DNA of 58,823 nucleotides from Meiothermus sp. (GCA_040290145.1 PSML01000003.1:1-58823); one strand, 5' to 3'; positions 23,858 to 34,889 are shown, counted from the first letter of the stretch. Numbers and translations: made by a program. The notes: a model not told the origin generated them from the sequence alone.

Positions 23858-25273
23858 TCATAAGCCCTCCTCGGCCATCTGCACGGCTTTGAGCATGGCC
23901 CTGGCCTTGGTCAAGCACTCCTGATACTCGTTCGCGGGCTGGGAGTCGTAGACCACGCCCGCCCCAGCCTGGATGTGGACCTGCTCGTGGGCGATCACGA
24001 TGGTGCGAAGGGTGAGGGCCTGATCCATGTGGCCGTCATAGGCGATATAGCCGAAGCTGCCGCCATAGGCGCCGCGGCGGGAGGGCTCGAGCTCCTCGAT
24101 GATCTCCATGGCCCGGATTTTGGGTGCTCCCGAAAGTGTGCCCATCGGCAGTACCGCGGCCAGGGCGTCGAGGGGGGTCTTGCCTTCGTGGAGTTCGCCT
24201 TCGACCGTGGAGACGATATGCATGACATGGGAGTAGTGCTCGACAGCAAAAAGTTGGGTCGGCCTGACCGTGCCGTACCGGCAGACCCGGCCCAGATCGT
24301 TGCGCGAGAGGTCCACCAGCATCACGTGCTCGGCGCGCTCCTTGGGGTCGGCGAGGAGGTCTTCGGCCAGGGCCTGGTCCTCGGCGGCGTCCTGGCCACG
24401 GCGGCGGGTTCCCGCGATGGGCCGGGTGGTGACGCGCTTCCCGTCTGAACGCAGCAGGCTCTCGGGGCTGCACGAGACCAGCGTGACCTCGCCGAGCTCG
24501 AGGAAGCCCATGTAGGGGCTGGGGTTCACCGCGCGCAGGGCGCGGTAGATGGCGAAGGGGTGCACGTTCAAGGGGGCCGACAGCCGCAAAGAGGGCACCA
24601 CCTGGAAGACGTCCCCGGCGCGGATGTACTGCAAACTCCTCTCCACCATGGCCTCGTACTGGGCCTGGGTGAGGTTGGGGGTGAACTCCACGCGCCGTCC
24701 GGCTCGCTCGCCCGGCACGCCCGGCAGGGGGCCGCGCAGCTTTTTCTCGGCCCAGGCGATGCGCTCTAAGGCCTCGGCCTTGCTCCCCTCCTCCGCCGGG
24801 GCCACGATGTGCAGCTGCTGTTTGAACTGGTCGAAGACCACCACCACCTCGGGCTCGATGAAGAGGAGGTCGGGGATATCGAGCAGATCAGGCTTGAGGG
24901 CGGGCAACTTCTCGTAGTGGCGGATGAGGTCGTAGGCCACATAACCCACCACGCCGCCCCAGAAGGTGGGGAGGTCGGGGTCGGGCCGGGTGGGGCGGTG
25001 GACGGCCCCGTAGAGGGTGCGGAGCGGGTCTTGGGTGGGGATGACCTCGCCGTTTGCGGTAAACACCCCACCCTTCACCCGGAAGGTGCGCCGTGCTCCC
25101 ACGCCCACGAAGCTCCACCGGGCCCAGGCCTTGCCCCCCTCCACCGACTCCAGCAAAAAGCTGGGGGTGGCCTTCTCCGAGAGCTTGAGGTAGGCCGAGA
25201 CGGGGGTCTCGAGGTCGGCCAACAGGGTTTTTTTGACCGGGATGGTGGGCGGGGTTTTCTCCGTGGCGATCAT
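23858..25273 (-). CDS. trpE: Anthranilate synthase component I
   Basis: 471 aa with the chorismate-binding domain. Confidence 0.85.
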   Translation of the reverse strand: MIATEKTPPTIPVKKTLLADLETPVSAYLKLSEKATPSFLLESVEGGKAWARWSFVGVGARRTFRVKGGVFTANGEVIPTQDPLRTLYGAVHRPTRPDPDLPTFWGGVVGYVAYDLIRHYEKLPALKPDLLDIPDLLFIEPEVVVVFDQFKQQLHIVAPAEEGSKAEALERIAWAEKKLRGPLPGVPGERAGRRVEFTPNLTQAQYEAMVERSLQYIRAGDVFQVVPSLRLSAPLNVHPFAIYRALRAVNPSPYMGFLELGEVTLVSCSPESLLRSDGKRVTTRPIAGTRRRGQDAAEDQALAEDLLADPKERAEHVMLVDLSRNDLGRVCRYGTVRPTQLFAVEHYSHVMHIVSTVEGELHEGKTPLDALAAVLPMGTLSGAPKIRAMEIIEELEPSRRGAYGGSFGYIAYDGHMDQALTLRTIVIAHEQVHIQAGAGVVYDSQPANEYQECLTKARAMLKAVQMAEEGL

Positions 25274-25346
25274 GGGTTCTCCCTGGTAGGAAGGGGAAGG
25301 AGCGGACCGTTTACTTTTCAGCTCTGCGCTTTCCCTCCCCGACTTT

Positions 25347-25386
25347 CCGAAAAACGAAAACCCCCTAGGTCGAAAAGCCCTAGGGG
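25347..25386 (-). terminator. trp attenuator terminator (CCCCTAGG-9 nt loop-CCTAGGGG followed by TTTTCGTTTTT)
   Basis: On the minus strand, an 8-bp GC stem plus U-tract lies between the leader peptide and the trpE ATG. Confidence 0.65.
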
Positions 25387-25409
25387 TACAAACCTCTACC
25401 GTCCCAGGG

Positions 25410-25454
25410 CTAACTAGGCCACCACCAACCCCACGCGGTAAAGGTGCGTACCAT
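25410..25454 (-). CDS. trpL: trp leader peptide MVRTFTAWGWWWPS (four Trp codons)
   Basis: ATG GTA CGC ACC TTT ACC GCG TGG GGT TGG TGG TGG CCT AGT TAG on the minus strand, 23 nt upstream of the attenuator hairpin. Confidence 0.7.
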   Translation of the reverse strand: MVRTFTAWGWWWPS

Positions 25455-25463
25455 CAGTAGCCA

Positions 25464-25492
25464 AGTGTAGGGGCTTCGGGGCAGGATTGCAA
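25464..25492 (-). promoter_or_regulatory. trp operon promoter (TTGCAA-17-TACACT)
   Basis: -35 at 25487-25492, -10 at 25464-25469. The -10 ends 9 nt before the leader ATG. Confidence 0.55.
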
Positions 25493-25535
25493 GGGGACCC
25501 CAACCCAACGGTCGGGTGGGCGTTAGACTTGGTTC

Positions 25536-26726
25536 ATGCAGTCCCCAGACTTCAAGCGCTTTTTCCCCGCGCTCCAATCGGGGTTCGTCTACTTGGACAA
25601 CGCCGCCGGGTCGCAGGTTCCCCGCCATACCATCCAGGCCATCAGCGACTTCCTGAGCACCGGAAGCTCGAACGTCGGGCAGCTTCACCCGGCCTCGAGA
25701 AGGGCCAACGCCGTGAAAGAACGGGCCCGCCTCGAGACCGCCGAGTTCTTGGGCTGCGATCCGGGCGAGGTGGTGTTTGGGCAGAGCGCCACCCACCTGA
25801 CCTATGGGCTGGCTCGCGCCTTCGCCCGGATGTGGGGGCCGCCGGGCGAGGTGGTGGTCTCGGGGCTCGAGCACGAGGCCAACGCCTCCCCCTGGAGGAG
25901 CCTGGAAAAGCTCGGGGTGAGGGTCAGGGTCTGGGAGGCCCGCTGGCCGGAGGGGAGGCTGCACCTCGAGGACCTCTACCCGCTTCTTTCCTCCAGAACC
26001 CGGCTGGTGGCGGTCACCGCGGCCTCCAACCTGCTGGGCACCCTGACCGACGTAAAAGGAGCGGTCGAGGCGGCCAAGGCGGTGGGGGCCTGGAGCGTGG
26101 TGGACACGGTGGCCTATAGCCCCCACCACCTCCCCGATGCGAAGGGCTGGGGAGCCGACTTCGTGTTCTTCTCCAGCTACAAGGTCTTCGGGCCGCACCT
26201 GGCCTTTGTGTACGTGCGGAAGGAGCTGATCCGGCAGCTTCCCACCGACAAGCTCTGGTTCATCCCCGACGACGCCTTGATCAAGTTTGAGCCGGGGACC
26301 GCGCAGCACGAACTCTTGGCCGGGTGGCTGGGGAGCCTCGAGTACCTGCGGGAAGTTCTTGGAGGGGGAGGGCCAGGACGGCAGGGGCTCCGCCAGGCCT
26401 ACGCCCAGATCGAGGAGATCGAAGGCGACCTGATCCAGTACGCCCTGGCGGGGCTCGAGGCTTTGCCCAAAGTCCGGCTCTATGGGGTTCCTACCGCCGA
26501 AGGCCGCACCGCGACCTTCTGCTACAGCGTCGAAGGCTATACCCCGCGCGAGGTCGAAGCACGGTTGCTGGAGGCGGGGATCGGCGTCTCCACCGGGCAC
26601 TGCTACGCCACCATGCCCGCCCAGAGCCTCGGGATCTTCCCCGAGCAGAGCCTGCGGGCTTCGCTGGTGCACTACAACACGCGCGAGGATCTGGACCGGT
26701 TTTTGGGGGTGCTCGAGGGCCTATAA
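25536..26726 (+). CDS. Class V aminotransferase / cysteine desulfurase-family protein
   Basis: 396 aa with the aminotransferase class V fold. Confidence 0.65.
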   Translation: MQSPDFKRFFPALQSGFVYLDNAAGSQVPRHTIQAISDFLSTGSSNVGQLHPASRRANAVKERARLETAEFLGCDPGEVVFGQSATHLTYGLARAFARMWGPPGEVVVSGLEHEANASPWRSLEKLGVRVRVWEARWPEGRLHLEDLYPLLSSRTRLVAVTAASNLLGTLTDVKGAVEAAKAVGAWSVVDTVAYSPHHLPDAKGWGADFVFFSSYKVFGPHLAFVYVRKELIRQLPTDKLWFIPDDALIKFEPGTAQHELLAGWLGSLEYLREVLGGGGPGRQGLRQAYAQIEEIEGDLIQYALAGLEALPKVRLYGVPTAEGRTATFCYSVEGYTPREVEARLLEAGIGVSTGHCYATMPAQSLGIFPEQSLRASLVHYNTREDLDRFLGVLEGL

Positions 26727-27539
26727 GCGGGCCGCGAGTTGGTCGCGGCGGAAGAGCCGGAAGGCGAGGTGCAGCACCGCGGCATCCAAGATCCACACTA
26801 AAAGCCCCAGCAAGAGCACCAAACCCACGCTGAAGTACATCAGCCCGGTCACCTGGCCGATCAAAAGGCCCACCACCGGCAGCACGATCACCCCGCCGAG
26901 CTGAAACGCCTCCTGGAAGCTATTCACCCGGGCCGAGACCAGCACCGTGGTCCCCAGGCTCAACCCGGCCAGCGCCGGGCCGAGCCAGAACGCCAGCGCC
27001 AGCCACAAGGCGTTGGGAAACAAGAGCCGGTCCAGGGTGAGGAGGGAGACCAGGTTCGCCACCAGCGTGTAGACCAGAAAGCCCAGCAGCCCCACCACGA
27101 CGGCGGCCAGCCAGGGAGAGAGGGCTTTGGCCAGGAAGAGTTCGCGGTCGGAGGTGGGGGTGTAGAGGAGGGCCTCGAGCGTCTTGCGCTCTTTCTCCCC
27201 GGCGAAGCTGTCCGCGGCGATCACCGAGGAGACCATTAAGGGCACGATCAGGTACAGCGGGGCCAGGAAGTACACCAGGCTCATCACCACGATCTGCTGG
27301 GCCGGAGTATAGCCCGCCAGCGAGGCCTTGAGGCCCGCCGGGGCCCGCTCGAGGAAGGTCTGGAGCTGCGAGAGGGTCGAGCCGGGCAACTCGGCTAGAC
27401 GCGGGGCGAAGGCCACCAGGGCCGGGATCAGCACCAGCATCAGCACTGGCACCACGATGAGTGGGATCAGCACCGCGCGGCTCCGTGCCACGGCGGTGAG
27501 GTCTTTGCGGACGATGGCTTCTAGAGCAGGGAGGTTCAT
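26721..27539 (-). CDS. ABC-2 type transporter permease
   Basis: 272 aa with 6 TM helices. Overlaps the upstream ATPase gene by 4 nt. Confidence 0.65.
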   Translation of the reverse strand: MNLPALEAIVRKDLTAVARSRAVLIPLIVVPVLMLVLIPALVAFAPRLAELPGSTLSQLQTFLERAPAGLKASLAGYTPAQQIVVMSLVYFLAPLYLIVPLMVSSVIAADSFAGEKERKTLEALLYTPTSDRELFLAKALSPWLAAVVVGLLGFLVYTLVANLVSLLTLDRLLFPNALWLALAFWLGPALAGLSLGTTVLVSARVNSFQEAFQLGGVIVLPVVGLLIGQVTGLMYFSVGLVLLLGLLVWILDAAVLHLAFRLFRRDQLAARL

Positions 27540-28442
27540 CGGGACTCCTGAGCGTGGAGGGCGAAGTACACGTCCTCGAGCGAGGGCTCTTCCAGCGCGA
27601 CCTTGTAGAGGCCTACCCCGGCCCGGACGAGCGAGCCGACCAGATCGGGCACCTGGGCTCGGCTCACACCGGGAACCGTGATCGTCCCGTTTTCCCGGGG
27701 CTGGGCATCCGGGAGCACTTCCAGGGCTTTAGTCAGATCGGCAGGGGCCACCTCGAGCACCAGCCGCACCCCGCCGAACTGCTGGGCGAGGGCTTCCGGG
27801 GTTCCCATAGCCCGCAACCGGCCATGCTCGAGCACCGCCACCCGGTGGCAGAGGGCCTGGGCTTCGGCCAGGTTGTGGGTGGTGAGAAAGACCGTGCGCC
27901 CCTCGGCATGAAGCCGCCGGATGAGGTCTTGGACCTCGCGGGCCGCCACCGGGTCCAGGCCGGAGGTCGGCTCGTCGAGGAAGAGCAGTTCGGGCTGGTG
28001 CAGCAAAACCCGGGCCAGGGCCAGGCGTTGCTTCATGCCCTTGCTGTAGCCGCCTACCCGCTCCTTAGCCCGCTCGGCGAGGCCGAACTGCTCGAGGAGT
28101 TCCCCTGCCCGCCGCCTCGCGTCGGCCCTGCCGAGCTGGTAAAGCTGCCCGTAGATCTCGAGGTTTTCCTGGGCACTCAGCCGTTCGTCCAGGGCTGGGG
28201 TCTCGGTGAGCACGCCGGTCCGGGCCATCCTGCCAGGGGGATAAGCCTAGCACCTTCGCACTCCCGCTGCTGGGGCTCAACACCCCGTTCAAGAGTCGCA
28301 CCGTGGTGGTTTTCCCGGCCCCGTTGTGGCCCAGGAAGCCGAAGACCTCGCCCTGGGCGACCTCGAGGCTCAAGTCGTTCACCGCCAGGGTCTCGCCGAA
28401 GCGGCGGGTGAGCCCCGAGGCCACGATCACCGCTTGGCTCAT
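27536..28442 (-). pseudogene. ABC transporter ATP-binding protein, frameshifted
   Basis: The N-terminal part ([17 protein letters not shown]...GHNGAGKTT, Walker A) starts at ATG 28442 and overlaps the CPBP stop (ATGA). Signature, Walker B and H-loop are in the +1 frame, which opens after a TAG stop near 28236 and includes an in-frame ATG at 28228 ([10 protein letters not shown]...LSGGQ-like...LLFLDEPT). The frame change lies near 28205-28235. Confidence 0.6.
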
Positions 28443-29257
28443 GCCGCTCCCCGCCGCAAGAGGACGTAGAGCCCCAGGTTGGCCGCTAGGAGCACCGCAA
28501 ACCCGGCCAAGCCCAGCATCCCCACCAGCAGATCCGAGGTCCGCTCCACCAGCAGGTGGCCCAGCGTTCCCACCGCGTTGAGGGTTCCGTGGAATAGCGC
28601 CGCCACCCACACCGACCCGCCCCGCTCCCGCAGGTAGAGCATCCAGGGGCTGAGCAGGAGGGTGAAAAGGGTCATCCCCAGCACCCCCAAGAGCGGGTGT
28701 TGGGGGTAGTTGTACCCCTGGAGGATGAGCGGGGCGTGCCACACCCCCCACACTCCGCCGATGAGCCAGGCCGCCCGCCACAACCCCCGTCCTCGCACCT
28801 GCTCCCACAGGTAGCCGCGCCACATCAGCTCCTCGCCGAGGGCAGCCAACAGGTTGAGGGTAGCGCCCGCCACCAGCGCTTGCAGCAGGATCAACCCCAA
28901 CAGCACGGCGGGTGGGGGGAGGGAGTCTAGGGGAATCTGGGGCGGCAGTTGGCGCAGCAAGCCCGCCAGGCCCACCCAATCCCCGAAGAGCAGGCTGACC
29001 GGAATCGAGAGCACGGTCAGCCCCACCGGCAGGAGCCAGGCCAGGAGCCAAAAGCGGTTGGGACGGCTCCAGCGGAGCAGGTTGAGCCCTTCCCGCCGGG
29101 CCAGCCCGAGCGCGATCAGGCCGGGAATCCACATGTAGAGCAGGGAAAACGGGAAAAAGAGCGGACTGCCGAGCCTCACCCCTAAAAGGTAGAAGAGCCC
29201 GGCTACCGCCCAGGAGATCCCGAGCGTGACGAGGACCGTGCGATGGACTGGATTCAT
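28439..29257 (-). CDS. CPBP-family (CAAX/Abi) intramembrane metalloprotease
   Basis: 272 aa with EELMWRG and FHGTLN motifs and multiple TM helices. Confidence 0.75.
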   Translation of the reverse strand: MNPVHRTVLVTLGISWAVAGLFYLLGVRLGSPLFFPFSLLYMWIPGLIALGLARREGLNLLRWSRPNRFWLLAWLLPVGLTVLSIPVSLLFGDWVGLAGLLRQLPPQIPLDSLPPPAVLLGLILLQALVAGATLNLLAALGEELMWRGYLWEQVRGRGLWRAAWLIGGVWGVWHAPLILQGYNYPQHPLLGVLGMTLFTLLLSPWMLYLRERGGSVWVAALFHGTLNAVGTLGHLLVERTSDLLVGMLGLAGFAVLLAANLGLYVLLRRGAA

Positions 29258-29442
29258 GGGTTTTCTTCCGCAGAATTCTCGTTGGGGGCCGCCTTAGGTC
29301 GGCGGCCTGCTTTCTTCAGGGCCTCTTTGAGCAGGAACTCGATCTGCGCGTTGACGCTGCGAAACTCATCGGCGGCCCAGCGCTCGAGGGCCTCGTAGAG
29401 CGCCGGGTCAATCCGCAGGAGGAACCTCTTCTTCTCGGGCAT
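29254..29442 (-). CDS. Arc/MetJ-type ribbon-helix-helix DNA-binding protein
   Basis: 62 aa. [37 protein letters not shown] matches the Arc-family pattern. Confidence 0.65.
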   Translation of the reverse strand: MPEKKRFLLRIDPALYEALERWAADEFRSVNAQIEFLLKEALKKAGRRPKAAPNENSAEENP

Positions 29443-29481
29443 AAACCGGGTGTGGGGTCTCGTCGAGGCCCTAACCCCCCT

Positions 29482-30366
29482 TCAGTACAGCGTCCCCGTG
29501 TTCAGAATGGGCTGGGCTTCGGCCTCCGAGACCAGCGCCACCAGGAGGTTGTTGACCATGGCGGCCTTGCGCTCCTCGTCGAGTTCCACCACCCCCTCAG
29601 CGCGGAGCTGGTCGAGGGCCTGCTTGACCATCCCCACCGCCCCCTCCACGATCTTCTGCCGGGCCGCGATCACCGCCTGGGCCTGCTGGCGGCGCAGCAT
29701 GGCTTGGGCGATTTCGGGGGCGTAGGCCAGGTGGGTGAGGCGGGCTTCCAAGACTTCTACCCCGGCCACCTCGAGCCGGCTCTGCAACTCCTTTTGCAAC
29801 TCCCGGGAGATGGCCTCGGGGTCGCCGCGCAGGGACTCCTCGCCCTGGTGGGCGTCGTAGGGATAGCGGCTGGCCAGCGCCCGGATGGCCGTCTCGGACT
29901 GGATGGCCACGAAGCCCCCGTAGTCTTCCACGTCGAAGAGGGCCTTGGCGGTGTCCACCACCCGCCACACCACCACCGCCGCGATCTCGATGGGGTTGCC
30001 CTGGGCGTCGTTGACCTTGAGGCGCTCGGTGTTGAAGTTGCGCACCCGCAGCGAGAGCCGTTTCTTCGAGGCGAAGGGGTTGGCCCAGTGAAACCCGGCG
30101 AAGCGCACCGAGCCGGTGTAGCGGCCTAAAAACACCAACACCCGGGATTCGTTGGGCTGCACCACGAAGAAGCCGCTGAAGGACAAGAAGCCCAAAAGCC
30201 AACTCCCCACCGCCCAGGCCAGCTTGTCCCAGGGATAGCGCCCCTCCAGCGCGGCCCGGATGAAGTCGTAGAAGTTGAACCCACCCCAGACGAACAGGCC
30301 GATCACCAACAGCACCGCCAAAAGCCCGTTGAGACGAAAAGCGCGGCGTTCACAGATGCCTTCCAT
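29482..30366 (-). CDS. SPFH/band-7 (stomatin-prohibitin-flotillin) domain membrane protein
   Basis: Start at ATG 30366 (MEGICERR...), preceded by AGGAGG. N-terminal TM helix followed by an SPFH domain. Confidence 0.7.
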   Translation of the reverse strand: MEGICERRAFRLNGLLAVLLVIGLFVWGGFNFYDFIRAALEGRYPWDKLAWAVGSWLLGFLSFSGFFVVQPNESRVLVFLGRYTGSVRFAGFHWANPFASKKRLSLRVRNFNTERLKVNDAQGNPIEIAAVVVWRVVDTAKALFDVEDYGGFVAIQSETAIRALASRYPYDAHQGEESLRGDPEAISRELQKELQSRLEVAGVEVLEARLTHLAYAPEIAQAMLRRQQAQAVIAARQKIVEGAVGMVKQALDQLRAEGVVELDEERKAAMVNNLLVALVSEAEAQPILNTGTLY

Positions 30367-30380
30367 CGTGCCTCCTATAA

Positions 30381-30400
30381 TCAAAATGATATCATTTTGA
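30381..30400. promoter_or_regulatory. Perfect 20-bp AT-rich palindrome TCAAAATGATATCATTTTGA overlapping the -10 of the SPFH-operon promoter (putative operator)
   Basis: Exact inverted repeat in a 66% GC genome. The minus-strand promoter TTGACG(30409-30414)-17-TATCAT is embedded in it, and AGGAGG plus ATG follow directly. Confidence 0.5.
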
Positions 30401-30442
30401 TCGCGGTCCGTCAAGGATCGGTCCGGCCCGACCTGCCGCGGC

Positions 30443-32158
30443 TCAACCGGCCTGGGTATCGGTCGGCTTACGGGCCTCCACCACATTCACCCGGTCGCGC
30501 CCGGCGTCTTTGGCCTGCAAAAGCGCCCAGTCGGCCTGCAACAGCCAGTCCTCGAGCACCGCCAGCGAAGGCGGAACCCGCCCACCGGTGATCCCCGCGG
30601 AGAGCGTGAAGGCCCAGGGGATGGGCTCCACCCGCAAGGCCCGCAGCTCGTCCTGGATGCGTCGCAGCACCAGGTAGGCGTCCTGCAGGCTGGCCCCGTA
30701 GAGCAGCAGGGCGAACTCCTCGCCGCCCCAGCGCACCGCCAGGTCCTCCGAGCGCAGGTGTCGGCGCAGCACATCCGCCAAAGCTTGCAATACCCGGTCC
30801 CCGGTATCGTGGCCGTAGCGGTCGTTGACCCGCTTGAAGTGGTCGAGGTCGAGCATGGCCACGGTGACGGGCTTGCCGCTCTGCCGGGCTAGGTCGATCA
30901 GCTTGCGGCTGTGCCGCTCGAGCCCACGGCGGTTCAGGAGCCCGGTAAGGGGGTCGGTGATGGCCTGAGTGCGCCACTCGGCCAGGGCCAGGGTCTGCCG
31001 CAGCCGCTCGGTGAGGAGAGGGGCCAGGGCCTCCAGGTTGCCCCGGTCCTCGAGGGGTTGGCTGAAGTACAGGATGGCCTTGTCATCATCGCCCGGGCCA
31101 GCCCCGCGAAGCAACCCTTGGGGGGCCAGCGAGAAGGAGTAGCGATGGCGGGTCCTCCGGCCCACCACCGTCTCGATGTCGTTGTACAGCCCCATGCCCA
31201 CCAGGGACGGGAAGAAAGGCTTTAAGACCTCGAGCATCTCGGTCAGGATGCTCTGGGGCGAGAGGGTCTGGTGGGTGGGGGCGACCCGGTACAGCCGCTC
31301 GAGCAGCCGGGCCCAGTCGTGGAGCCGGGCCTCGGCCTGGAGACGGCGGTTGCGGTCGGCGGCCAAAAGCCCCAGGATCCCCAGAAAGGTCAGGTAGCCG
31401 CTCAGGGTGAGGGTCAGGGGCTGGCCCAGCCCGGGGCTTTGTGGGAGGTCCGACCAGATCACCCGCCAGCTCACCAAAAGCCCGGCCACCCCCAAGGCCG
31501 ATACCCATAGCCCCAGCGGGCGCGGGCGGGCCTCGAGGTATCCCCCCACCGCGGTGAAGAGATAGCCGAGCACGAAGCCATAGTGGGCCAGGCTATGCTC
31601 GTACCCCAGGCCAGTGCGCAACCACGCCACCGGGTAGGTGGACAAGGCGGCGATAAAGAGGCCGATGATCCATAGCAGCCGCCCCTCGGGGGCCACGCCC
31701 AACACCGCGGCATCGGTATAGAACATTGCCAGGATCAGCAGGCCCAGGGTAAGGAAGCTATAACCCAGGAGCGCTCCGGGGTCGGGGCCCAGCAGGCTCA
31801 GCCCCACCGCCATGACGATGGCCGGCAGGTAAAACCACAGGCTCAGCCGGGGAAAGCGCCGCCCGGGCAGCCGGGCCAGGGTGTAGGCCCAGGCCAGACA
31901 GCCGGCCAAGGCGGCTCCATCCGCCCAGGAGAGGGCCGGGATCTGCCCGTTCCAGCGGCCGTACGCCCAGCCCGCCTCCGCGGCAGCCAGCAGCAAATGT
32001 CCCCACGCCGCCCCCCGCCAGACCCCTCCGGCCCGCCACAGTAGGGCCGCCCCGGCCAGCGCCGCCAGTGCGGGGGCTACCAGCCGCACCAGAGGGCGGG
32101 TGGGCTCGAGGAGGCTTCCCAACAGGACCAACGTCAGCGTCAGGGCTAGCCAGGGCAC
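30443..32158 (-). CDS. Membrane-bound diguanylate cyclase (multi-TM N-terminal domain + GGDEF)
   Basis: RWGGEEF and GGDEF-domain blocks follow about 10 TM helices. Start placed at GTG 32158 ([11 protein letters not shown]...), with CATACAAT 6 nt upstream. Confidence 0.7.
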   Translation of the reverse strand: MPWLALTLTLVLLGSLLEPTRPLVRLVAPALAALAGAALLWRAGGVWRGAAWGHLLLAAAEAGWAYGRWNGQIPALSWADGAALAGCLAWAYTLARLPGRRFPRLSLWFYLPAIVMAVGLSLLGPDPGALLGYSFLTLGLLILAMFYTDAAVLGVAPEGRLLWIIGLFIAALSTYPVAWLRTGLGYEHSLAHYGFVLGYLFTAVGGYLEARPRPLGLWVSALGVAGLLVSWRVIWSDLPQSPGLGQPLTLTLSGYLTFLGILGLLAADRNRRLQAEARLHDWARLLERLYRVAPTHQTLSPQSILTEMLEVLKPFFPSLVGMGLYNDIETVVGRRTRHRYSFSLAPQGLLRGAGPGDDDKAILYFSQPLEDRGNLEALAPLLTERLRQTLALAEWRTQAITDPLTGLLNRRGLERHSRKLIDLARQSGKPVTVAMLDLDHFKRVNDRYGHDTGDRVLQALADVLRRHLRSEDLAVRWGGEEFALLLYGASLQDAYLVLRRIQDELRALRVEPIPWAFTLSAGITGGRVPPSLAVLEDWLLQADWALLQAKDAGRDRVNVVEARKPTDTQAG

Positions 32159-32312
32159 AGATCCATTGTATGAGTTTGCTGAAAACAAAACTTGGAGTGG
32201 ATACCGTAAGTACCCCACGGGTCCCGTTGCACAGGAAACATGTACTTCAGGTGGTTCCCGGTCGCGCCTGGCGGTACAGCCGTCGGAAGCACTCCGGGCC
32301 GACCGTCTACCT

Positions 32313-33449
<1,137 letters not shown>

Positions 33450-33477
33450 TCATCGACCGGCGGCATCGCCCGTGGGC

Positions 33478-34665
33478 TCACTCCTTCGGGCTCCAGGCCA
33501 ACACCTCGCGAACGGCCTCCACCACCCGCTCGAGGTCCCCTTTCTCGATCACCAGAGGCGGTAGGAAGCGGATCACGGTGGGCCCGGCGGCCAGGGTGAG
33601 GACGCGATGCTCGCGCTCCAGACGGGTGATGTAGGGGGCGGACTTCTCCTTGAGCTCCACCCCGATCATGAGCCCCAGCCCCCGCACCTCGCGCACCTTG
33701 GGCGAGTCGATCCGGCGCAGCTCCTCCATGAACCACGGGCCGAGTTCGGCGGCCCGTTCCCACAGCCGGGTGCGCTCGAGGTACCGGATGGCCGCGACGC
33801 CTGCCGCCATGGCCAGCGGGTTCCCCCCAAAGGTTCCGCCGTGCCCGCCTTTGGGCATCGCGTCCGCCACCGCGGGGCTCATCACGGCCGCCCCGATCGG
33901 CACCCCGCCACCCAAGGCCTTGGCCATGGTCACGATGTCCGGGACCACCCCGAAGTGCTCGAAGCCCCAGCGCTTCCCGGTACGGCCCATCCCGGTCTGG
34001 ATCTCGTCGAGGATCAGGAGGCAGCCCCGCTCCAGGGTGACCTGGCGGGCGGCCTCCATGAACTCCGGGGTCGCCGGGCGCACCCCGCCCTCGCCCTGAA
34101 CGGGCTCGAGGAACACCGCCGCGGTATTTGCGTCTACCGCCTCGCGCAGGGCCTCGACGTTGTTATAGGGGACGAACACCACCTCGTGCCCGTAGGGGCC
34201 GAAGGGCTCGCGGTATTTGGATTCGTAGGTGAGGGCCACCGAGCCCAGCGTACGCCCGGAGAAGCCCCGCATCGCCGCCACGAACCGGCGCTTGCCGGTG
34301 GCCATCATGGCGAACTTCAGGGCGGCCTCGTTGGCCTCGGTGCCGGAGTTGCAGGGAAAGACCCGGCTGAGTCCCTGCGGTAAGATGCCGGTGATGGCCG
34401 CATAGAACTCGGCCCGCTTGTCGTTGGGGAGGGTCTGGGGCATCACCATCAGGGTCTCGGCCTGCTGCTTCACGGCCTCGACCACGGCTGGGTTGGAGTG
34501 CCCCAGGTTGGCCACCCCATAACCGCCCACGCAGTCGATGTACTCGTTCCCCTCCGAGTCCCAGACCCGGGCGCCCTGGCCCCGCACGATCACCACGTCG
34601 TGCTTGTTGTAAACGCCAGAGTCGTGTTGCTTTTCGACCTCGAGCCAATTCGTCACGGTTTGCAT
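33478..34665 (-). CDS. lysJ: Class III aminotransferase, ArgD/LysJ homolog
   Basis: 395 aa with acetylornithine-aminotransferase-type blocks and the PLP lysine region. Confidence 0.65.
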   Translation of the reverse strand: MQTVTNWLEVEKQHDSGVYNKHDVVIVRGQGARVWDSEGNEYIDCVGGYGVANLGHSNPAVVEAVKQQAETLMVMPQTLPNDKRAEFYAAITGILPQGLSRVFPCNSGTEANEAALKFAMMATGKRRFVAAMRGFSGRTLGSVALTYESKYREPFGPYGHEVVFVPYNNVEALREAVDANTAAVFLEPVQGEGGVRPATPEFMEAARQVTLERGCLLILDEIQTGMGRTGKRWGFEHFGVVPDIVTMAKALGGGVPIGAAVMSPAVADAMPKGGHGGTFGGNPLAMAAGVAAIRYLERTRLWERAAELGPWFMEELRRIDSPKVREVRGLGLMIGVELKEKSAPYITRLEREHRVLTLAAGPTVIRFLPPLVIEKGDLERVVEAVREVLAWSPKE

Positions 34666-34685
34666 GATTCCCCCATTCTACCGCT

Positions 34686-34717
34686 AAAAAAACCGGCCTG
34701 CTCAGGGAACAGGCCGG
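34686..34717 (-). terminator. Intrinsic terminator-like hairpin (CCGGCCTG-9 nt-CAGGCCGG + TTTTTTT) located 20 nt upstream of the lysJ start codon (putative attenuator)
   Basis: On the minus strand, an 8-bp GC stem is followed by seven U. It lies between a TTGACA(34814-34819)-18-TAGTCT promoter and the lysJ ATG. Confidence 0.5.
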
Positions 34718-34889
34718 GGATAGAGGTTTAGCCTGTGGCTAAGCCAACCCCCGGTGTCTAGGTTTGCGCGAACGCGGCCGCATCGCATCAAGACTAAGGG
34801 GCGGCGCCGGGCTTGTCAACATGAACCCTGCCCGAAGCGCTTTGCCCAGGGTGTTTGGGGGCTTAGCCGGGCGGGAGTAACCTAAAGAG

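Noticed and set aside
28443-29132. ORF-track 5' extension of the ABC ATPase (355 aa) overlapping the CPBP protease gene in another frame.
   Set aside because: It is Gly/Ala/Pro-rich with no homology. The ATPase starts at ATG 28442, directly coupled to the CPBP stop.
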